From the NCBI GenBank assembly GCA_951406725.2, contig OX597818.1, positions 5,146,001 through 5,210,000 on the forward strand: DNA of 64,000 nucleotides, given 5' to 3'. Both the position numbers and the translations under genes were made by a program. The stretch is from Octopus vulgaris (Eukaryota). Numbering within the stretch: position 1 is the stretch's first letter; every line of letters starts with the position of its first letter. Positions 55,405-64,000 of this stretch are shown here, one piece after another. Under the pieces are notes generated by a model. That model did no database searches. It was not told the origin of the DNA and was given only the letters and a program-made list of their open reading frames with translations.

Positions 55405-58400
55405 GATGATGGCAATCCCTCAAGGTCGAGGATGATGGTCTTCGCGCAAATTTACTGGTGAGTCCGTAGGTGACCGATAAGACCAATTCTTGCTTGAAAA
55501 GATCGGTCGCAGTGCGGACATCTAGTGCCGGAAGGGAGGGTCGCACGTGGTTGTTGTTGGCGCTCCTTCCGTCGTCGTCTTTTCTCCTCCAGCTCTGCAG
55601 ACATTTTCGACTCGAAAGTCGCCGTTCCCTCATGGATGGTGGTTTTCCAGAGTGGTCTGTTTTTTGCCGTTTCCTCCCAGTTAGTGAAGTCGATGTCACA
55701 CTTTTTGTTGTTCGTTTTCAGGGAGTCCTTGTAGCGTTTCTTCTGGCCTCCTTTTGTACGCTTGCCGTCTTTGAGTTGGGAGTAGAAGATCTGTTTCGGA
55801 AGTCGTTCGTCAGTCATTCTAACCACGTGGCCGCTCCATCTTAGTTGGCCTTTGATGACATAGGCTTCGATGCTGGTCATTTTTGCTTCTTGTAGCTGGC
55901 TGACGTTTGTTCTTCTGTCTTCCCAGCTGATGTTAAGGATCTTCCGAAGACAGCGTTGGTGAAATTTCTCGAGCGTTTTCAGGTGGTGACTATACGGGGT
56001 CCAGGTTTCGGATGCGTAAAGGAGGGTTGGAATAATGACTGCCCTGTACACCATGAGTTTGGTTTCGGTTCGGATGTCCCGATCAGCAAAAACTCTTGTT
56101 CGAAGCTTGCCGAAAGCTGTTCCTGCACACCTTAGACAGTGTTGGATTTCATCGCTGAGGTCTACCGTTGCTGACAGATGGCTCCCAAGGTAACAGAAAT
56201 GGTTCACATTTTCCAGTGGAATTCCTTCGAGTTGAATCGATGGCGGGTTGTCAACACGGGCATTGGGAGGAGGTTGGTAGAGTAAGTGAGTCTTCTTGAT
56301 GTTGATGCTCAGTCCAAGTTTAGTATATGCATGATGAAAAGCATTTAGAATCTGTTGGAGGTGATCCTCTCTGTAAGCTGCTACACTGTTGTCGTCGGCA
56401 TATTGGAACTCTAGCAAGCTTCGCGCCGTTGTCTTTGACGTACTTTTGAGGCGAGCGAGGTTGAAAAGCTTGCCGTCCATTCTGTACGAGATCTCGATGC
56501 CAGGTGGAAGGTCATCTCTGTGATGTGCAACACTGTCGCGATAAAGATGGTAAAGAGAGTTGGCGCTATCACGCAGCCTTGCTTCACTCCGGAGGTGACT
56601 TTAAAGGGCTCAGAACTGCCTCCGTCGGTCTGGACTCTGGCGTGCATATTGTCATGGAGGAGTTTGAGGATCCGGATGAACTTATCTGGGCATCCATACT
56701 GGGCGAGAATATCCCAGAGGGGCTCTCGCGAGACACGATCAAAGGCTTTGGATAGGTCGATAAAGGCCAAATTGAGCGGTTGGTGTTGCTCACGGCATTT
56801 TTCTTGTAGCTGTCGCAGCGTGAAGATCATGTCGGTTGCGCTTCGTGATGGCCTAAAGCCAGTCTGCGTCTCAGGAAGGATCCTCTCTGACAGCGTTTTG
56901 AGGCGGTTGTTCAGGATGCGTGCAAGATCTTCCCAGCAGTTGCTAATAAGGAAATACCCCGGTAATTTCCACACTCAGAACGATCGCCCTTACCCAAATA
57001 GTAATGATGTTAGCATCGCTGAAGTCGGATGGTACAACTTCATTTGTCCAGATTTTGACCAAGAGTTGGTGGAGCTGGTGTTGGACAAAACCACCTCCCA
57101 GTTTGTAGATCTCAGCTGGGATTCCGACAGGACCCGCGGCTTTGTTGTTCTTCATCGCTGTGATAGCAATTTTGACCTCTTCGAGGGATGGAATTCGAGC
57201 GAGAGAGTAATCTTTGGCCTCTTTAGGAATCATGTCAAGTATGCTTTTGTCGATGGTAACCTTGTGATTGAGGAGGTCATCGAAGTGTTCTCTCCATCTG
57301 TCTCCTATTTCGGTGTTGCTTTTCAGGATGGTCGCTCCGTCTTTACTCTTCAGAGGAGCCTGTCCATGTGTGGAAGGTCCGTATACTTCTTTTGTGGCTT
57401 TGAAGAACCCTCTGGTGTCGTTTACATCTGCTAGCTGCTGGATTTCACGAGATTTGTGTCTCCACCACTGGTTCTTCAGGGTACGGGTTGCCCTCTGAAC
57501 TGCGGCTTTGCACTTTTTGAAAGACTCTCGTTTAGTGGCAGACTTTGGATCATTCTGTGAGCTGATGAAAGCTTTACGTTTTTGGTCGATCAGTTCTTTG
57601 AGAGCTTCATCATTGTCGTCGAACCAGTCCTGGTGTTTCCTTTTCTTGCGACCGATGGTTTCTCTTCGCAAGCGGTGATGATGGTTTCTTTCAGCTGGTT
57701 CCAATTTTCTTCGACGAGATGATTTGGAGTCTTATTTTGAAGATTGACCTGTAGGCGCTGCTGGAAAGCGACACGAGTTTTTGGGTCTTGCAGTGCTTCG
57801 ATGTTGAATTTCTTTACTCTGCTTTCCTTGCTGTGATATTTCACTTTTGGTCGGAGTTTGATTTTCATGGTGGAGGCGATGAGGCGATGATCTGTCCAGC
57901 TCTCATCTGCTCCAGTGGTGGCTCTGGTGAGCAACACATCTTGCTGGTCTCGGGATCTCACGATGATATAGTCTATGAGATGCCATTTTTTAGATCTTGG
58001 ATGCTGCCATGAGACCTTATATCGATTCTTCTGGCGAAAAAGGGAGTTGGTTATCACCAGGTTATGTTCAGCACATTTGGTGAGTAGCAGAGTTCCATTG
58101 GCATTGACTTTTCTCACTCCTTCCTTTCCGATGGTTCCTGTCCAGAGTTCACGATCTCTCCCAACTCTGGCGTTGAAATCTCCCAGGAGAATGATCTTGT
58201 CGTCCTTTGGGACGGTAGAGAGAATGCTATCAAGCTGGCTGTAAAACTCTTCCTTGACTAAATCCTCCGCGTCAAGGGTGGGAGCATACGTGCTGATGAT
58301 AGTTGCGTGCTGACTTTTGACAAGTTGGATTCGGAGGGTCATGAGTCGAGCGGACATTGCGATGGGCTGCTCTGTCAGTTTGGATAGGATGGTGTTTCGT

Positions 58401-59286
58401 ATTGCAAAACCCACACCATGGATCTGTTGATGGTCGGGATCGTAACCTTTCCAGAAAAAGGTGTATTGACCGCCTTCTTCTCTCAGCCGGCCTTCTCCGG
58501 CTCTCCGGGTTTCACTGAGAGCTACGATGTCAAAATTGAATCAATGGAGTTCCCGGGCGATGATTGCAGTTCGCCTTTCGGGTCTGTCTGAGTTGGTGTT
58601 ATCTATGAGAGTCCTGACATTCCAGGTCCCGAATTTCAGCATTGCGTATCTTGATCTTGATTTTCGACCGCATGATGGTGATCCCTCTGGACGCGGTTTT
58701 CCAGACATGATTGGGGTGAAGCAGACTATGTTTAGGGCACCTTTTCTAGCCCCTTCCCAATTCAGGGTGAGCAGAGTGGATCCTAAACAGGGCTGCTCAG
58801 TCGTGGATACTGCTGCCGAACATCTTCCCTGCTTCTTCCGAAAGATAGAGCGACTGAATCATGTAACCACTGCATCCGTGCCGGTTCTGCACTAGGAGCC
58901 TCCAGCCTTCACGAGCCTGCTCCCTTCATCCATCGCCGATCGCCGAAAGACTTGGAAAGAATAAGAAGAGTGGTGGCGAAGACGCCTGTGCGTGAAATTT
59001 TTTAACGTGTGCTTGAGGTCGCACGCCCAGTAAAGCACACGTAAACTTGACAGACCACCAACTTGACCCAATGGCAAGGTAAACCGAGACGATTGGAGTC
59101 GATGGTCTGCTGCAGCCTTCGTCCGCCTACACAGCCGTTAAGTTGTTAAGGCAACTTCATCCGCCTGTTCCACCGTTGAGGACTTGATGACTGTCAGAGC
59201 CCCGTTTGCCGCTAGCACAGCTGGCTTGCTGTGCTCGCGTTGCTCAGTCTGCACCCCGTAGAGGAGGGGTTGAACTTTTGCAGATC
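55405..59286 (-). mobile_element. Near-full-length RTE-clade LINE (APE endonuclease plus RT) with target-site duplication
   Basis: GTWNVR, ALSETR, LGDFNARVG, IDYI, TDH, FIDLSKAFD, GVKQGC, QYADD and a terminal CPHC..H..H. (CAT)n tail. CATATGCATAT occurs at 55394-55404 and 59286-59296. About three frameshifts and one stop. Confidence 0.95.
59198..59286 (-). ncRNA. Candidate HDV-like self-cleaving ribozyme at the RTE 5' end
   Basis: P1 GATCTGC/GCAGACT with a G.U first pair and one mismatch. P3 CCC/GGG encloses TCCTCTAC, followed by a GAGCAAC junction. P4 is AGCACAGC/GCTGTGCT, J4/2 is GGCAAA, and P2 AGTTC/GGGCT is weak. Confidence 0.6.
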
Positions 59287-59351
59287 ATATGCATATATAT
59301 GTGTATATACATACATACATACATACATACATACATACATACATACATACA

Positions 59352-59431
<80 letters not shown>

Positions 59432-59521
59432 CACACACATACATATATCCTTAAATCCTTAAAAATTTTTGAGCCCCAAAGTTGCGGCCATGCTGGGGCA
59501 CCACCGTTGAATGAGCTACAC

Positions 59522-60559
59522 TAGTATGTGAAACCACCTCTGATACGTGGCACTTGATCAACAAGGGAGTTCGACGCCGCTGCCCGCATCTCTGTTTCCT
59601 GCTGAGAAGTAGGTTCATCTGGAACCCCTGAAGAGAAGAGATCCAGTTTAGTTTGAAAGAAACCCACATCCACAACATGCAGGTCTCTCAGGCATTTAGG
59701 AAGGATATTGAAGAACTGTGATCCCCTGAAACCCAAGCTGTTGCAGTCTCTGGTCCTGTATTTTGATAGTGATGCTGGGATCTTTGGCACCATGCAGTGG
59801 CGCCCTGTTCTGCTGTTGGGGTAACTTTGAATGCCAAAATTCGGAACAAGACCCTCTAGGATTTTCCAGATGTATATCACTGCATATCTCACCCGCCTTC
59901 GCTCCAGGGAGAAAGAGTTTTGATTCTTTAAGTCTTTTCCAGTAGCTGACATGTTGCATTGAGACGCTCTTCTTAGTGTAGCTTCGTTGGATTGCTTCGA
60001 GTTCTGCTCTTAACTTTATATTGTGTGGTGACCATAGTTGGGAGCAGTAGTTCAAGTGGCTGAGGACAAATGTCTTCCAAAGGACCAACAGTGCCTCGTG
60101 CTCTCTCGTTCTGAAAGGTCGGAGAATCCATCCAGCTAGCCGTCTGCATTTCATTACCAAATTAGTAATATGCACTTGGAAAGATGCATCATTGCTCATG
60201 TCAATACCCAAGTCACGCACTGATTTTGACTCGGGAGTTACAATTCTTCCTGGGCCAGTGTATCCGGTCTGCATGTCGTTCACCTTTGTGTGCCGGTGGT
60301 GCAGGGCTTGGAACTTCCCTGCATTAAACTGCATGCTGTTGTCCTCAGCCCACCTGTATACTGTATCCAACTTCCGTTGCAGATGTGCAATATTTCCAGA
60401 GTTTTGTATTGTGTGAGAGACGGTGTTATCTGCATAGCTATCAAGGGTGGCCATCTTAGCAACTGAGGGCATGTCTGAAAGGGCCACTATGAACAGCAGT
60501 GGCCCCAAGATAGTGCTCTGTAGAACACCGCTTGTTATTTGTGTTTCCTTGGAGGCGGC

Positions 60560-60560
<1 letters not shown>
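59522..60560 (-). mobile_element. CR1/L2-like LINE 3' fragment
   Basis: LGPLLF, YAD, MQFNAGK, RDLGI, LNYCSQLWSP and SLERRR. Confidence 0.88.
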
Positions 60561-60607
<47 letters not shown>

Positions 60608-60609
<2 letters not shown>

Positions 60610-60772
60610 CGCAGGAGTGGCTGTGTGGTAAGTAGCTTGCTTACCAACCACATGGTTCCGGGTTCAGTTCCACTGCGTGGCACCTTGGGCAAGTGTCTTC
60701 TACTATAGCCTCGGGCCGACCAATGCCTTGTGAGTGGATTTGGTAGGCGGAAACTGAAAGAAGCCTGTCGTA

Positions 60773-60816
<44 letters not shown>

Positions 60817-61043
60817 TGTGTGTGTGTTTGTGTGTCTGTGTTTGTCCCCCTAGCATTGCTTGACAACCGATGCTGGTGTGTTTACGTCCCCGTCATTAGC
60901 GGTTCGGCAAAAGAGACCGATAGAATAAGTACTGGGCTCACAAAGAATAAGTCACGGGGTCGATTTGCTCGACTAAAGGCGGTGCTCCAGCATGGCCGCA
61001 GTCAAATGACTGAAACAAGTAAAAGAGTAAAAGAGTAAAAGAG

Positions 61044-61045
<2 letters not shown>
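60608..61045 (+). mobile_element. tRNA-derived SINE family A, full length, with an internal (TA)n(TG)n and an (AAAGAGTA)n tail
   Basis: A-box-like TGGCTGTGTGG, B-box-like GGTTCAGTTCC and CTTGGGCAAG body. At least four copies in the window. Confidence 0.92.
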
Positions 61046-61085
<40 letters not shown>

Positions 61086-61299
61086 AGTAAACATACAGGC
61101 ATGTACATGCCCACAGATATACGCCCATACACATGTATGTACATAGACCCACACCTTCATACTCTCACACCCATACGTAGATATCTATATATGCATATGC
61201 ACACGAATATGTATATATGTACACACACACTCATATACATAAATATATACTCTGCCATACGCCTATACAGCTAGAAAATGCAGCACATATGGGAAGAGG

Positions 61300-63885
61300 A
61301 ACAAAAAAGGAAATTTTAAACTCATGTTGGATCAGGTGAAATGTGAAAAACTATAAACTATGAAAGCAACAACAATAAAAATATATAATATTTCATGAGG
61401 GTGAAACCAAGAAAAGAATGGTAGGAAAGTAGACACCATTAAAATCAATAGCAATAAGAAAAGTTTTGGAATATAATCTATAGAAGAAATTAGCGGAGCG
61501 GGAAGAAGGGAAAAGCGGGATGGTTAGGAGGGGCACGAAAACATTTTCTGGGCTCAAGGGTCGATTCACGTGGGAAGATGTTCGAACGCTCCACAGTGGC
61601 TACTATAAACTGTAGAAAGGGGCTGTTGGGAGGGGAAATTACATGTGGGTGGGGGAGGGGGACTAGACTATCTGAGCTTTGTGAAGGTGCTGCGGTTTTT
61701 ATGCGGACCCCGTATCAACTCTTCGTTTCTTTTGTTAATAAAGCGATACCGACTTTTTAGTATCTCGATGTGGACAAATGCTTATTAAGTATCTTGAAGG
61801 AGTAGACATGATTATGATATCTCCATTTAAAATGGGAAGCAGTGGTTACTATGCAGTGGAAGATATTATTATTGGTGGCTACAGTACCCCTATAAACTAC
61901 AATCTCCCTGAGGGACTGGTTGTCCAGTGGACACGTAGTAGGGTCTAGCATAGGCGAGGTTTTATTTGGTGCTCCCAGTTTTGCGGGAATCATTGTGAGA
62001 GTTGCCGTGTCGTTGTGTGGCTGCTGCCCGTTAGCCTTCCCCGTGTGCTGGGCCTGGTTGAGGTGAAGAGGTGTATCTGGATTTTTAGTTAGCTCTGAAT
62101 CTCTCCTGGAGTTAAATATTCTGTTATTTAGGGTATCTATAGTTTGCGATACATTAGGTGTGGTGGAGTAGGATAACTTTATATTGCGTGTATGAAAGAT
62201 TTTGTGGTATTCATGTATGTGGAGAAAGTATCTGTCTAGTGCTCTAAAGAAAATGCCGGGTATATCTGAAGCAATGTTCGATGCAAGAGGAGGGTTAAAC
62301 CATATTATACTTAAACCATATTTTGCTTACCAGCTTGGTTAGTATTCTGTGCTGTGGGCCAGGCCAGATATCTTAACAACACTTTGCTTACTGCCATCGG
62401 GTTTTCTCCAACGCTTAGAGTGTTGCTCTACGATTTTATTATGGTCTGTGTAGTGTAGACGTTCTAATTTATTTCTGTGGGGACGTAAAGTCGTGCTACC
62501 TAGTGTGTAGTCTAGCCTATTTAACTCAGAGTTATGTGGTGATGGGAGGTGATCGAGGGTGGGAGCGGGTGCATTCGCCACTGGTATGTATCCAACACTG
62601 GCCAATGCTTCAATGAAGTAATGGGTGCTGTGTGAGAAAATGTCGCTATTCGCGGATAACCTCGATATTCTGGCGGAGAATATTTTACGATTGATCTTAT
62701 TGCCATCCTGTGGTGGTTAGAGCATCTATTAAAATACTGGAGGTTTTCATTAGGCTTGTGATAAGAGCTATACAAATCCGTTTTGATTTTCAACGTTACA
62801 TCTAGGAAGTTTGCTATCCTATCGATACTGTCTGTTGTAACGGAGAGCCGAAAGTTACAGAAAAGGCTTCAAATCCTCTTGCTGATTCGAGTTCTACTTT
62901 ACTATATTTGTAGAATGTGAACAAAGCATTATATCTATAAAGACCACCTCCTATATCTGGTAAGACGGACTTTAATTGGTGCAATAGAAACAATCCAACC
63001 AAATCGGTGACTTGGGCTGAGTCACAAGCATCCACGCTTATGTCAAACTTCCCTACCTAATCCTTATGAAACCATAGTTGGTTGTCGAATGTAATTAAGG
63101 TCCTCTTAGTCGCTAAGTTAATATCTGCATCCCTCTTAGATAAAGACGTTTTATTTATGGCAAAGGTCAGGGACTTATGTAGGACTATATGGTTAACAGC
63201 GTAATTTAAATTATTGTCAATCTGTAGAAACTTAGGGTTTGTTTTGAGAGGCAACTTTCTAAACCAGAGTATGACGTCCGTGGTGTCCGACCAAAGGTCA
63301 AAAAGTTCAAGTGCCCTGAGATTTAGGGAGCATTTTGTCTATAATGTTTTAAATTCTGCGGTAGATTGACAAGAATATCTGGTTTATGGTCTTTTAATGT
63401 AATTCTAAATTGTTTGGGTACCTAAGGCTCCGTTCTGTCTTGATTATTTAGGTACTCCTCTATTTTGCGTCCTTCCTGATTGATGTTGTCCAAGTTAGAA
63501 GAATGTGTGGATTTGTATCTCTTAAATAACTCCTTCCTTATATGATCCCTATAATGGTCAATACTTTAGTTGTATAAGTTGCTGGGCTTATCCGGTTGCA
63601 CGTGTACTCCATCACATTTCTTGAGTTCCTTGATGAGATCTCGAAGCTTCCAAAGGTGAATATTCTTGCGTAGCGGGTTTTACTTAATCTTCAAGTTGCG
63701 TATCATAACTATCACATTTTCTTCGAAAGCATCGAGTGGTGTGTTCTAGATTTTAATTCCTGTTCAAGTTGGCGTCTGGTTTCGTTCTTTTTTTATTACT
63801 CTTGTTACGATTTGTTTGATGTTCGAAGTGGAACGCCTTCCATCTCATACGACTGATAAAAGATTTGGTCATCTGATGTAAACAT
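61300..63885 (-). mobile_element. Penelope-like element (Naiad-like), long and degenerate
   Basis: FISRMRWKA N-terminus, DSAQVTDLVGLFLL, GLYRYNAL, WFNPP, IKLSYSTTPN and TCPLDN..VVYRG..RYHNH. Confidence 0.88.
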
Positions 63886-63891
63886 GCATGC

Positions 63892-63980
<89 letters not shown>

Positions 63981-64000
63981 AGTATATATATATATCTATA

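Noticed and set aside
60608-60680. tRNA gene
   Set aside because: It has only A/B-box-like motifs, is followed by a SINE body and tail, and is multi-copy.

Overview
AT-rich, microsatellite-saturated eukaryotic DNA made almost entirely of transposable elements. The SINE and repeat landscape resembles an octopus/cephalopod genome (inference, not verified). I found no host protein-coding gene, rRNA, intact tRNA gene or CRISPR array, and most listed ORFs are microsatellite artefacts. Contents: at least seven R4/Dong-like RLE retrotransposon copies or fragments, six of them ending in (TAA)n; six Penelope-like elements (five Naiad-like, one of another clade); a near-full-length RTE LINE with a target-site duplication; L1/Tx1 and CR1-like fragments; three SINE families; Tc1 and mariner DNA transposons; and two MITE-like inverted-repeat units. 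The most interesting signal is a microsatellite-anchored retroelement community with self-cleaving RNA motifs. (1) A 555-bp non-coding element occurs four times, always starting at the same point next to (TAA)n and stacked behind Dong elements. (2) Four minimal type I hammerhead loci, including a 109-bp-arm fold-back and a 361-bp (TA)n-flanked mini-element. (3) An HDV-like ribozyme candidate at the exact 5' end of the RTE. Boundaries of degenerate elements are approximate, and all alignments and folds were done by eye.
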